DNA of 64,000 bases from an uncultured Acidobacteriota bacterium (GTDB lineage Bacteria; Acidobacteriota; JAQAZP01), in the NCBI GenBank assembly GCA_963836075.1, contig CAWIIB010000001.1, positions 352,001 through 416,000 of the forward strand. Direction: 5' to 3'. How positions within the stretch are numbered: position 1 is the first letter of the stretch; each line of letters opens with the position of its first letter. Below the pieces are notes generated by a model that was not told where the DNA came from, searched no databases, and was given only the letters and a program-made list of their open reading frames with translations. The position numbers and the translations under genes are program-made. Positions 31,105 through 41,797 of the stretch are shown one piece after another.

Positions 31105-31646
31105 TAGAAACCCTCCAGCACCGCGGTGACCAGACTTTCGGCAAAATCCTCGGCCAGTTCCTCGAGGGTTTCCCTCTCCCGGGGAGAAAACTGAAGGTTG
31201 GCGTCATCGGGGAAATTGTAGCTGTCGCTATACTCGAAATATTTGTTCTCGTACAGGATGCGGTTTTCCACCATGTCGGCCAGGGCCACCTTGACCCGGA
31301 CAAAGACTTCGTAGGAGGTGGCCTGCCCCGGTTCGCTGAACGAGGTGGGTATGGCGTAGTACGAGGTGATTTCCCCGATCAGCACGGCGTCGACGCCGTC
31401 CTCTTCGGGCAGCACCTCGAAATCCCCGCGGGTGATCAGGTTGTTGATCACGTGGGAGGTGAAGATCTGTTCCAGGCGGAACTTCCGTGTCTTGTTCTTG
31501 AACATCGGCACGCCGATGCTCTTGATATGGTCGGGGAGGAAAGATCCGTACCCCACCAGCGCATAGCCGCAACCCAGCGACTGGCTCAGCAGAAACAGGG
31601 ACGCCAGCAGCAGCACCGCCACCCGGGTAGTGGTCCGAATCTTCAT
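31104..31646 (-). CDS. lptE: LPS assembly lipoprotein LptE family
   Basis: Lipobox LG-CGY, LPDHIKSIGVPMFKN, DAVLIGEI; directly upstream of holA. Confidence 0.88.
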   Translation of the reverse strand: MKIRTTTRVAVLLLASLFLLSQSLGCGYALVGYGSFLPDHIKSIGVPMFKNKTRKFRLEQIFTSHVINNLITRGDFEVLPEEDGVDAVLIGEITSYYAIPTSFSEPGQATSYEVFVRVKVALADMVENRILYENKYFEYSDSYNFPDDANLQFSPRERETLEELAEDFAESLVTAVLEGF

Positions 31647-32899
31647 CGGCGGTTCACCTCATCCCCCAGCTCGAAACGAACCGTGGGGGCCCCGCGGGTG
31701 GGGCTTTGGACCCGTGTCCGGCGCTCCCCCATAAAGGAGCCGTCGTTGAAAAAGCACAGACGGTATTCACCCTCCTCCAGATCGGTGAAGGAGAAGACTC
31801 CCCGGCGCACGGCAGCCACCCTTGCGGGACAGACCCAGGTTGGATCCGCCGGGAGAAGGCGCACCTCGTCGGGCGCGGGAACCCCGCTGCCCGGGCGCAC
31901 GGAGACCTGTCCGATACAGCAGGGTTTGTACTGCACCGGTTCGTTCCGGCGCACCGCCATCCCCTGCCGAGCTTCCAACCCGGGCAGCACGTCGGTCTCC
32001 ACGATCTGACCTCCGTGATCCAGCAGGCGGATAAAGGTGCTTTCCGGGTTGTCCAGCTCCAGCCGCACCCGCTGGAAGCGTGCCGGATACGGCCGGGAAC
32101 CCGGGGTTGTTTCCAGGTCGAAGACCAGGTAGCGCTTGCTGACAAAATTCACCGAGCGGAAGGGATCGGAGAATATCCAGCCCACCCCGGGGTAAAAGAC
32201 CTCGATCCAGCGGTGCAGCCCCTCCTCACCCAGGCTCGATTCCCTGGCCGGCAGACCGGTGGACGGGAAATCCGCAGCACTGCCGGACGCCAGGTAGCCC
32301 CTGACGCTGCGGGCCGGTATCCCCGCTTCACGCAGCAGGGCCACAGCCAGTTCGGAGGTGCCCACACAGTTGGCCTTCCTCTGCCGGAGGACCTCCAGCG
32401 GGTGCACCTCAACGTCCGGGCCGCCGCAGTAGTCGATGGCGCCGGAGACCCAGCAGAGCACCCGGTTCACCGCCTGGTACTGGGTGCGGCAGGAGCTGGT
32501 CAGGCTGCTGGACAGCCGGGTCAGTTCCGGCCAGCCCCCGTGGGACCGGGCAAAGGCCGCAGCCTCCAGAGGCATGGAGCCGGCGGGGGGCGGGAACACG
32601 GCGCGGCACTCCAGATCAGCCGGACGGCTGTGGACCAGAACCCGGCGGGACACCGGGTCCACATCCCTGATTTCCAGTGAGTAGCCGCTGTTCTCATAGG
32701 GCAGGCAATACGGGGCGCCCTTTATCGAGGAGACGTCATAGAGCGCCCACTGCGCTCCCTGCACCACCACCGGAGAGGAGAGTGGAACGGCCGGATGAAC
32801 CGCCGGGGTAATAAGGAACAGCAGGCCCAGGACGGTCAACCAGACCGTCCACGGACCGGCCGCGGCCGGAAGTCCTGATTCGGTTTCAGTCGCTCTCAT
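31643..32899 (-). CDS. Exported transglutaminase-like domain protein
   Basis: ANCVG..LAVALLREAGIPARSVRG, HRWIEVF..GW..SDP (Cys-His-Asp triad) and an N-terminal hydrophobic segment. Confidence 0.85.
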   Translation of the reverse strand: MRATETESGLPAAAGPWTVWLTVLGLLFLITPAVHPAVPLSSPVVVQGAQWALYDVSSIKGAPYCLPYENSGYSLEIRDVDPVSRRVLVHSRPADLECRAVFPPPAGSMPLEAAAFARSHGGWPELTRLSSSLTSSCRTQYQAVNRVLCWVSGAIDYCGGPDVEVHPLEVLRQRKANCVGTSELAVALLREAGIPARSVRGYLASGSAADFPSTGLPARESSLGEEGLHRWIEVFYPGVGWIFSDPFRSVNFVSKRYLVFDLETTPGSRPYPARFQRVRLELDNPESTFIRLLDHGGQIVETDVLPGLEARQGMAVRRNEPVQYKPCCIGQVSVRPGSGVPAPDEVRLLPADPTWVCPARVAAVRRGVFSFTDLEEGEYRLCFFNDGSFMGERRTRVQSPTRGAPTVRFELGDEVNRR

Positions 32900-33416
32900 C
32901 TTCAGCGGAAGACTCCCTGGCCGAGATACCGAGGTGGTCGCGAAAAATGTGGTCCAGAATACCGTTGACGAAGCGTCCCGATTCCACGGTGCCATACCGC
33001 TTGGCCAGTTCCACGGCTTCGTCGATCACCACTGCCGGGGGCGTGGGATCGGTATAGAACTGCGATTCAAACACGGCCAGCCGGAGGATATTGCGGTCCA
33101 CGGCCGACATGCGGTCCAGGCGCCAGTTGTCGGCGCTGGCCGTGATCAACCGGTCCACCTCCACCAGATGGAACAGCGTGCCGCGCACCAACTCTTCGGC
33201 AAAGGCTCGCACGTCTTCCCGCGGCTTGTCGGGAAGCACGTTTTCCGGGCTCATCCCCGGCGTGGCAGCCAGCAGACCGCTCCCCTCCTCGTGCCGCCGC
33301 TGGAACATGGACCAGAAGTCGTCAAAGGCATGGTCGGCGTCGCCGGGCTCGTTCACTTCGCTGTGAAACAGAGCCTGCAGCGCGAACTCACGAGCCAGTC
33401 TTCGCTCAGTCTTCAT
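32886..33416 (-). CDS. nusB: Transcription antitermination factor NusB
   Basis: RRLAREFALQALF, NWRLDRMSAVDRNILRLA, VIDEAVELAKRYG, FVNGILD. Confidence 0.97.
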   Translation of the reverse strand: MKTERRLAREFALQALFHSEVNEPGDADHAFDDFWSMFQRRHEEGSGLLAATPGMSPENVLPDKPREDVRAFAEELVRGTLFHLVEVDRLITASADNWRLDRMSAVDRNILRLAVFESQFYTDPTPPAVVIDEAVELAKRYGTVESGRFVNGILDHIFRDHLGISARESSAEDESD

Positions 33417-33473
33417 CTGGCGGCCTGTGCGGAATACGGAGTGATTGACATGCGCGGCCTACCCCGGGCCGGG

Positions 33474-33953
33474 TCACTTGGCGGCGTCCGCCTCACGAAG
33501 CAGGTTCGCCATTTCTATGGCGGCCAGGGCCGCATCAAAACCCTTGTTCCCCGACTTCGAGCCCGCTCGCTCGATGGCCTGTTCCAGCGTATCGGTGGTG
33601 ATCACCCCGTAGGAGATGGGCAGGCCCGAGTCGAACATCGCCTGGGCGATCCCCTTGGTCATTTCCGCCGATATGTATTCGAAATGCGGAGTCGCTCCGC
33701 GGATCACGGCCCCGACACAGATGACCGCGTCGTAGGCCCCCCGGGCGGCCAGGTGCTTGGCCATCAACGGCACCTCGAAGGAGCCGGGCACGCGGAAAGC
33801 CTTGATATCCTTGTCCAGGGCGCCGTTCCGCTTCAGGCCGTCGAAGACCCCGGCGAGGAGGCGGTCGCTGATAAAGCTGTTGAACCGGCTCACCACCACC
33901 GCGAACCGCAGCCCCTTGGCGTTCAGCCCCCCTTCGATTACGTTAATTGGCAT
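33474..33953 (-). CDS. ribH: 6,7-dimethyl-8-ribityllumazine synthase
   Basis: [38 protein letters not shown]. Confidence 0.98.
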   Translation of the reverse strand: MPINVIEGGLNAKGLRFAVVVSRFNSFISDRLLAGVFDGLKRNGALDKDIKAFRVPGSFEVPLMAKHLAARGAYDAVICVGAVIRGATPHFEYISAEMTKGIAQAMFDSGLPISYGVITTDTLEQAIERAGSKSGNKGFDAALAAIEMANLLREADAAK

Positions 33954-34001
33954 CGTTTCCTCCTCCATGCCGGCCGGAAAACGGGCCGGATCGCTTGCGG
34001 T

Positions 34002-34904
34002 TCAGATTCTCGTGGCCGAGAGATAGGCCTCGAATCGCTGGTCGATTTCTGCGGGCTCCAGCCTCTTCAGCCGGTCGAGACTGAAGTCCTCAACGGTGAA
34101 GGAGGCCATCACCGTGCCGTAGGCCACCGCCCGCCGAATGGCGGATTCATCAGCGTGACCGTCGCGGTCGAGACAGCCCACAAAGCCTCCGGCAAAGGTG
34201 TCCCCGGCACCGGTGGGGTCGATCACCGTCTCCAGCGGAAAGGCCGGTGCGCCGAAGAAGCCGTCAGGGCCGCAGACCAGCACACCGAACTCACCCCGCT
34301 TGACCACCACCCGCCGCGGTCCCATGGATTCGCGGATCACCCGGGCGGCCCGTACCGTGTTCGACTCCCCGGCCAGGCTCCGGGCCTCGGCCTCGTTGAG
34401 CAGCAGGATGTCGATCCGCGGGAGCAGTTCCAGCAGCGCGTCCCGCTTGCTGTCGATCCAGAAATTCATGGTGTCCAGGGCGGTGAGCGCCGGCCGCTCC
34501 ATCTGGTCCAGCACCTGCAGTTGCAGGACCGGGTCGATGTTGGCCAGAAAGAGGGTGGAGATGGAGCGGTAGGTGTCGGGCAGCCGCGGGGTGAACGTTT
34601 CAAAAACGTTGAGCCGGGTGTCCAGCGTCTCGGCCTCGTTCATGTCCCCCTGGTAGCGGCCGCTCCAGTGAAAGGTTTCCCCTTCCACTGTCTGCAGCCC
34701 CTCCAGGTCCACCCCCCGGCCCTCGAGGAACCGGCGGTCCTGCTCCGCGAAATCGTTTCCCACCACGGCCACCAGGCTGACCGGGGAGAAATGGCTGGCA
34801 CAGGTGGAAAAGTAGGTGGCCGACCCGCCGAGAACACGTTCCCGGAGGCCGAAGGGTGTTTCCACGGAATCGTAGGCGACGGAACCGACAACAAGGATGC
34901 TCAC
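34002..34904 (-). CDS. PfkB family carbohydrate/nucleoside kinase
   Basis: VVGSVAYD, LGGSATY, DTMNFWI, DPTGAGDTFAGG. Confidence 0.92.
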   Translation of the reverse strand: MSILVVGSVAYDSVETPFGLRERVLGGSATYFSTCASHFSPVSLVAVVGNDFAEQDRRFLEGRGVDLEGLQTVEGETFHWSGRYQGDMNEAETLDTRLNVFETFTPRLPDTYRSISTLFLANIDPVLQLQVLDQMERPALTALDTMNFWIDSKRDALLELLPRIDILLLNEAEARSLAGESNTVRAARVIRESMGPRRVVVKRGEFGVLVCGPDGFFGAPAFPLETVIDPTGAGDTFAGGFVGCLDRDGHADESAIRRAVAYGTVMASFTVEDFSLDRLKRLEPAEIDQRFEAYLSATRI

Positions 34905-34918
34905 AGCTCACTCCATTT

Positions 34919-35782
34919 TCAGTTCAGATAGCGGCCGATAATCGGGGCCAGACGTTCCCGTGCCTCGGCGGAGACCTCCCCGGGACTGGTGATGATGGCG
35001 TTGGCCAGGGCCTGGCCGCAGCCACAGGTAAACTCCGCTGGCAGCTCGGCCACCATGGCGGCAATCAGGTTGCGGGCGAATTCCGCGTTCTGCTTCAGGT
35101 AGCCGATCAGCGTTTCCACGGACACCGGCTCCTCCTCCACCCGCCAGCAGTCGTAATCGGTGACCATGGCCACCGTGACGTAACAGATTTCAGCCTCCCG
35201 GGCCAGCCGGGCCTCGGTGGAGTTGGTCATCCCGATCACATCCAGGCCCCAGCTGCGGTAGAGCAGCGATTCCGCCCTGGTTGAAAAATGGGGCCCCTCC
35301 ATGTTGAGATAGGTCCCCCCCAGGACGACCTTGCGGTCCAGCCCGCTGCTGCAGCGGTGGGCCAGCTGTTGCATCTGGGGGCAGACGGGGTCGGCCATTG
35401 AGACGTGGGCCACGATACCGTCACCAAAAAAGGTGCACACCCTCCGGGTGGTACGGTCGATGAACTGATCGGGCAGCACGATGGTTACCGGCGGCAGTTC
35501 TTCCCTGAGGCTGCCCACCGCCGAGGCGGAGATGATCCGTCGGACCCCCAGCTGTTTGAAGCCGAAGATGTTGGCCCGGTAGTTCAGCTCGGAAGGCATC
35601 AGCCGGTGACCACGGCCGTGACGGGAGAGAAATGCCACCCGCGTGCCGGAGAGGCGGCCCACGAAGTAGCTGTCCGAGGGGTCGCCATAGGGGGTGGAGA
35701 GCCGTATTTCCTCAACCTCTTCCAGCCCATCCATACCGTAGAGCCCGCTGCCGCCGATGACGCCCACACTGGCTTTTTCCAT
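34919..35782 (-). CDS. mtnP: S-methyl-5'-thioadenosine phosphorylase
   Basis: GVIGGSGLY, RHGRGH, NYRANI, SAVGSL, EGPHFSTRAES, GMT, VTDYDCW. Confidence 0.95.
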   Translation of the reverse strand: MEKASVGVIGGSGLYGMDGLEEVEEIRLSTPYGDPSDSYFVGRLSGTRVAFLSRHGRGHRLMPSELNYRANIFGFKQLGVRRIISASAVGSLREELPPVTIVLPDQFIDRTTRRVCTFFGDGIVAHVSMADPVCPQMQQLAHRCSSGLDRKVVLGGTYLNMEGPHFSTRAESLLYRSWGLDVIGMTNSTEARLAREAEICYVTVAMVTDYDCWRVEEEPVSVETLIGYLKQNAEFARNLIAAMVAELPAEFTCGCGQALANAIITSPGEVSAEARERLAPIIGRYLN

Positions 35783-35869
35783 CGAATTCACCTCCGTCCA
35801 ATGGTCTTGATCATAGCACTCATGTTATACTTTTTCCACTGACTTAGACACTCTCACGGGGGATGTAAC

Positions 35870-37081
35870 ATGACCACGGTGGCACTGAGCCATGACCAGG
35901 GTCTGGCCGCCCTGCCCTTTGACCTTGACGACTCGCAGGTGATCAGCCGGTTCACCGCAGCGGTGCGGAAATCGCTGGACCTGCTGAAGTGGGGGCCGCA
36001 GTGCCGCGGCCGCACCGTGCTGATCAAGCCGAACCTGGTCCGGACTTTTGAAGGCAAACCGGGCAACACCACCGACCCCCGGGTGCTGCTGGGGCTGGTG
36101 CTGGTGCTCCGTGACCACGGGCCGTCAAAGATCATGATCGGCGAAAACCCCGGCTGCGGCGTCTCTTCGGCCTCGGGGTTCCACGACTCGGGATGCAACC
36201 GGATCGCCGAGATCAGCGGCGTAGAGCTGGTTCCCTTTGACAGCGTGCCCTGCCGCAGAGTGGAGATCCCCGGCGGCCTGCTGCTCGGCCGGGCCGCCAT
36301 TCCCGAGCCCTGGCTGGACGCCGACATCGTGATCAACCTGCCCAAGATGAAGACTCACCTCCACGCCGGTGTCTCCCTGGGGATCAAGAACCTCCACGGC
36401 ATCCTGGTGGACGAGGACCGCTACTTCTTCCACCGGGTGGACGTGCACCAGAAGATGGTGGACCTGCTGAAGATCAGGACCCCGGACCTCACCCTGGTGG
36501 ACGCTGTGCTGGCCATGGAAGGCCAGTCGCCCTTTTTCGGCCGGGAGCGGGAGATGGACCTGCTGGCCGCCGGCACCGACCCGGTGGCGGTGGACGCGGT
36601 CTGCTGCAGCGCCATGGGCTTCGATCCCGATGAAATCAATATCATCCGCCTGGCCGGCAACCAGGGTCTGGGTCAGATGGACCTCCAGCGCATCGAGGTG
36701 CGGGGCCCGCGGCTGGAAGAGGTCAGCGCCCGCTTCCGCCGCGGGGTGATCAGCTCCGCCGGGGCCTACCCCGGGGTGACGGTGCTGGAGCTGGGGGCCT
36801 GCGACGGCTGCCTGTCCAGTGTCCGTCATTCCCTGGACCGCTTGCACTACGAGGGGAAGATCGAGGAACTTGCCCCGTTCACCGTGGTCACCGGCATGCC
36901 GTGCCGCAAACTCCCGGCCGCACTGGAGCAGGCTGGCGACAAGAGCGATATCTGGTTCATGGGCGACTGCACCGCCAGTATGATCTACCGGCAGTCCACC
37001 CGCACCGCCCGCGGCTGCTTCGTGCCGGGCTGCCCGCCGCACTCCTTCGACCTCTACAAGCGGATCACCGGCCACAGCTGA
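35870..37081 (+). CDS. DUF362 domain Fe-S protein
   Basis: VLIKPNL, TTDP, INLPKMKTH, SLGIKNL, DPVAVD, and C-terminal CxxC..GDC..GCPP. Confidence 0.88.
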   Translation: MTTVALSHDQGLAALPFDLDDSQVISRFTAAVRKSLDLLKWGPQCRGRTVLIKPNLVRTFEGKPGNTTDPRVLLGLVLVLRDHGPSKIMIGENPGCGVSSASGFHDSGCNRIAEISGVELVPFDSVPCRRVEIPGGLLLGRAAIPEPWLDADIVINLPKMKTHLHAGVSLGIKNLHGILVDEDRYFFHRVDVHQKMVDLLKIRTPDLTLVDAVLAMEGQSPFFGREREMDLLAAGTDPVAVDAVCCSAMGFDPDEINIIRLAGNQGLGQMDLQRIEVRGPRLEEVSARFRRGVISSAGAYPGVTVLELGACDGCLSSVRHSLDRLHYEGKIEELAPFTVVTGMPCRKLPAALEQAGDKSDIWFMGDCTASMIYRQSTRTARGCFVPGCPPHSFDLYKRITGHS

Positions 37082-38181
37082 TGAACATCCTGCTGGTGGA
37101 ACCCTTTTTCGAAGGCTCCCACGCGGCCTGGGCCGAAGGCTACCAGCGTCACAGCCGCCACCAGGTGGACCTGCTGACCCTCACCGGCCGCTTCTGGAAG
37201 TGGCGGATGCACGGCGGCGCCGTGACCCTGGCCCAGCGGTTTCTCGAATCGGCCCTCAGCCCCGACCTGATCCTGGCCAGTGACATGTGCGACCTGTCAG
37301 CCTTTCTGGCCCTGACCAGGAAACGGACTGCCGGGATTCCCGCCGCCGTCTATTTTCACGAGAACCAGCTGAGCTACCCCTGGTCACCGGAGGACAGGGA
37401 CCCGGCAGCGGGACGTGACCTGCACTACGGCTTCATCAACTACTCCAGCGCCCTGGCCGCCGACCGTCTCTGCTTCAACTCCGGATACCACATGGAGAGC
37501 TTCCTGGGAGAACTGCCCGGATTTCTCGCCGGTTTCCCCGACCACCGGGACCGTCACCGGGTGGATGAACTGCGGGAGAAGAGCCGGGTGCTGCACCTGG
37601 GTCTCGATCTTGCCGCGCTTGATCAGCACCGGCCTCAAGAGCCCATCGCCGAAATACCCCCGCTGGTACTCTGGAACCACCGCTGGGAGTATGACAAGAA
37701 CCCGGACGAGTTCTTTGCCGCGCTGGATAAGGTCTCCCAGCGGGGCCTCGACTTCCGCGTGGCCGTGCTGGGCCGCGGGTACGGCGAGGCACCGCCGGTT
37801 TTCGCCAGAGCCCGCAAGACTCTCGGCCACCGGCTGGTTCACTTCGGCCACGTCCGGACGAGAGAGGAATACGCCCGCTGGCTCTGGCGCGCCGACCTGC
37901 TGCCGGTCACCTCGAACCAGGATTTCTTCGGCGCCAGCGTGGTGGAGGCGATCCACTGCGGTGCCCGGCCCCTGCTGCCCCGCCGTCTGGCCTACCCGGA
38001 GCTACTTCCCGGTGATGAATGGATGTACGAGAATTTCGCCGAACTGGTGGAACGGCTGTCCCGGGCGCTCACCGAGCCCGCCCCACGCGGTCGGATCGAC
38101 AGGTTGTCAGGTGCCATGGCAAAGTTCGACTGGACGCAGCTGGCCCCGTTCTACGACCGGTCTCTGGCCGCGATGACCTGA
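37081..38181 (+). CDS. DUF3524/GTDC1-like glycosyltransferase (homolog of tRNA-queuosine mannosyltransferase)
   Basis: ILLVEPFFEGSH, WKWRM, YFHENQL.YP, FNS.YHMESFL, WNHRWEYDKNP, FFGASVVEA, LAYPE. Confidence 0.9.
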   Translation: MNILLVEPFFEGSHAAWAEGYQRHSRHQVDLLTLTGRFWKWRMHGGAVTLAQRFLESALSPDLILASDMCDLSAFLALTRKRTAGIPAAVYFHENQLSYPWSPEDRDPAAGRDLHYGFINYSSALAADRLCFNSGYHMESFLGELPGFLAGFPDHRDRHRVDELREKSRVLHLGLDLAALDQHRPQEPIAEIPPLVLWNHRWEYDKNPDEFFAALDKVSQRGLDFRVAVLGRGYGEAPPVFARARKTLGHRLVHFGHVRTREEYARWLWRADLLPVTSNQDFFGASVVEAIHCGARPLLPRRLAYPELLPGDEWMYENFAELVERLSRALTEPAPRGRIDRLSGAMAKFDWTQLAPFYDRSLAAMT

Positions 38182-38224
38182 AGATCAGTTGAGGACGATC
38201 ACCGGACCAGTGGGCCCATGACTG

Positions 38225-38253
38225 TTGCACGTGACCCGCCACGGCCATACAAT
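38225..38253 (+). promoter_or_regulatory. sigma70 promoter of icmF-thiI
   Basis: TTGCAC-17 nt-TACAAT, 40 nt upstream of ATG 38294. Confidence 0.6.
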
Positions 38254-38293
38254 AAGGCGTTTTCGTCATCAAACTGCCAGTGGAGTAAACCTC

Positions 38294-41200
38294 ATGTCAG
38301 CAGATCATATCAAGGAACCGTACCGCCCGGCCAACAAGATACGCTTCGTCACCGCCGCGTCGCTCTTTGACGGGCACGATGCCAGTATCAACATCATCCG
38401 CCGCATGCTGCAGGCCGGGGGCGCCGAGGTGATTCACCTGGGCCACAACCGCTCGGTGGCCGAGATCGTCGACGCCGCGGTGCAGGAGGACGTGCAGGGC
38501 ATCGCCGTCAGCTCCTACCAGGGCGGGCACCTGGAATTCTTCAAATACATGATCGACCTGCTCAAGGAACGGAGCTCGTCGCACATCCTGGTCTTCGGCG
38601 GCGGCGGCGGGGTGATCATCCCCGAGGAAATCGAGGAGCTGGAGTCCTACGGCGTGGCCCGGATCTTTTCACCGGACGACGGCCGGTCCCTGGGACTGCA
38701 GGGGATGATCAACCAGATGCTGGAGGCCTGTGACTTCCCCGTGGCCACCGAACCGGCCAAGTGGTTCGACAACGCCCTGGAACGGGATCCCCAGGCCGTG
38801 GCCCGGCTGCTCACCTGCCTCGAGGATTCCGAAGACCCCGACCGCCAGCTCTTCGGCGAGACGGTGCGGTCCTGGATCGAGGAGCAGCGCCCCGGCGTGG
38901 TTCCCGTGGTGGGCGTCACCGGCACCGGCGGCTCGGGCAAGAGCTCACTCACCGATGAGCTGGTTCGCCGCTTTCTCGCCGATTTCCCCAGGACCAGCGT
39001 GGCAATCCTTTCCGTCGACCCCTCCAAAAAGAGAACCGGCGGCGCGCTGCTGGGCGACCGCATCCGGATGAACTCGGTGAGCACATCAATGCCGCTGGGC
39101 AACCCCCGGCTCTACATGCGCAGCCTGGCCACCCGCACGGCAAACAGCTCCATCAGCCACTCGCTGGCCGATGCGGTGAAGGTGGTGCAGGCGGCGGGTT
39201 TCGACCTGGTGATCCTGGAAACCGCCGGCATCGGCCAGTCCGACGCCGAAGTTGTGGACCTGGTGGACGTGGCGGTCTACGTCATGACTTCGGAATACGG
39301 CGCCTCCACCCAGCTGGAAAAGATCCAGATGCTGGACTACGCCGACCTGGTGGTGCTGAACAAGTTCGAGAAGCGGGGATCCCAGGATGCGTTGCGCGAC
39401 ATCCGCAAGCAGTACCGCCGCAACCATTTGCTCTGGGAGACCCCGGACGGGCAGCTGCCGGTCTACCCCACCATCGCCAGCCAGTTCAATGACCCAGGGA
39501 CCAACCGCTTCTATTCCCACCTGGTGTCCGCCGTGGCGGAAAAGACCGGCGTCGACTGGTCCACCGCGCCGGTGGAGGACGAGACCGACCCGCAGAAAGT
39601 GACCATCATCCCCCCCGACCGCCAGCCCTACCTGTCGGAGATCACCGAAAACAGCCGTGAGCAGCGGCGCTGGATCGAGGAGCAGGCGGACATTGCCCGG
39701 CGCCTTTACCAGCTGGACGGGACGCGGCGCGTCCTGGCGGCCCACGAGGGGGAGAAGCAGCTGAAGATCTCCAGCGAAGACGGCCGGGGCAGTGTGGAGA
39801 TCCGCCGCCGCAAGGTCTCCCCCGACGTCCTCCAGGCCATTGAGGAGGAGATCGCCGAGCTGGAGAAACTGCTGGCTCCCCAGTGCCGGGAGACTGCTGG
39901 ACAACTGGCCCAAAGCCGTGGAGGCCTACCGCCAGGAGAAGATGGTGACCAGGGTCAGGGACAGGGAGATTGTCACCGAACTTTTCAGCACCTCGCTCTC
40001 CGGGCTGAAAATTCCCAAGGTGGCCCTGCCCCGCTACCGGGACTGGGGTGATATCCTCTCCTGGATCCTCACTGAAAACGTGCCCGGGGCCTATCCCTTC
40101 ACCGCCGGGGCCTTCCCCTTCCGCCGGGTGGGTGAGACCCCCACCCGGATGTTCGCCGGCGAGGGGACACCGGAACGGACCAACCACCGCTTCCACTACC
40201 TGGCCAGCGGCCAGCCGGCCACCCGGCTCTCCACCGCCTTCGATTCGGTGACCCTCTATGGCGAGGACCCGGACGAACAGCCCGATATTTACGGCAAGGT
40301 CGGCAACTCGGGCGTCTCCATCTGCACCCTGGACGACGCGAAGAAACTCTACTGCGGTTTCGACCTCTGCGCCCCCAACACGTCGGTGTCCATGACCATC
40401 AACGGCCCGGCGCCGATGATCCTGGCCATGTTCTTCAACACCGCCATCGACCAGCAGGTGGAACTGCACCTGCGCCGCACCGGCGGGTGGGAAGAGGCCG
40501 AAAAGAGCATCGAAAAGGAGTTCGCCGCGCTGGACCTCCCCCGCCCGGTCTACCGGGGCCAGGACCGGCCCGACGGCGACCGCGCCCTCGGCCTGGGCAC
40601 CCTGGGCATCAGTGGTGACCAACTGCTGGACCCCGAGACTTACAACCGGATCCGGGAAGCGACCCTCAAGGTGGTGCGGGGCACCGTACAGGCCGATATC
40701 CTCAAGGAAGACCAGGCCCAGAACACGTGCATTTTCTCCACCGAGTTCGCCCTGCGGATGATGGGCGACATCCAGCAATATTTCATCGACCAGGCGGTAC
40801 GCAACTACTACTCGGTCTCCATCAGCGGCTACCACATCGCCGAGGCCGGCGCCAACCCGATCTCCCAGCTGGCCTTCACCCTGTCCAACGGCTTCACCTA
40901 CGTGGAGTATTACCTCAGCCGGGGGATGGAGATCGACCAGTTCGCCCACAACCTCTCCTTCTTCTTCTCCAACGGCATCGATCCGGAATACTCGGTGATC
41001 GGCCGGGTGGCCCGGCGGATCTGGTCCACGGCGATGAAACACAAATACGGCGCCGGCGAACGGAGCCAGAAACTGAAGTACCACATCCAGACCTCGGGGC
41101 GCAGCCTGCACGCCCAGGAGATCGATTTCAACGACATCCGCACCACCCTCCAGGCGCTCTACGCCCACTACGACAACTGCAATTCGCTGCACACCAACTC

Positions 41201-41783
41201 CTACGACGAGGCGATCACCACCCCCACCGAGGAATCGGTGCGCCGGGCAGTGGCAATCCAGATGATCATCGACCAGGAGCTGGGTCTGGCCCGCAACCAG
41301 AACCCGATCCAGGGGGCCTTCATCATCGAGGAGTTGACCGACCTGGTGGAGCAGGCGGTGCTTGAGGAGTTCGACCGGATCAGCCGCCGCGGCGGAGTGC
41401 TGGGCGCCATGGAAACTCAGTACCAGCGGGGCAAGATCCAGGAAGAATCCATGTATTACGAGCACCTGAAACACTCCGGCGAACTGCCGATCATGGGTGT
41501 CAACACCTTCCTTCGTCCGGCGCACCTCGGCAAGGGCGAAACCCAACCCACCGAGCTGATCCGCTCCACCGCCGCGGAAAAGGAGCAGCAGCTGGACAAT
41601 GTGACGGCGTTCCGCAAACGCAATGCCGGCCACAGCGAGGGCGCCCTGGCCCGTCTGTGCGACACGGCACGGCAGAAGGGCAACATCTTCGCCGAGCTGA
41701 TGGAAACCACCAAGTACTGCTCGCTGGGTCAGATCTCCCACACCCTGTTCGGCGTGGGCGGCCGTTACCGGCGAAATATGTAA
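38294..41783 (+). CDS. icmF: Fused isobutyryl-CoA mutase/MeaB G-protein (IcmF), one +1 frameshift near 39878-39890
   Basis: B12-binding [10 protein letters not shown], GTPase [27 protein letters not shown], then the mutase domain [28 protein letters not shown] and GGRYRRNM in the next frame. Confidence 0.93.
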
Positions 41784-41797
41784 CCCCGGGAGCAGCG

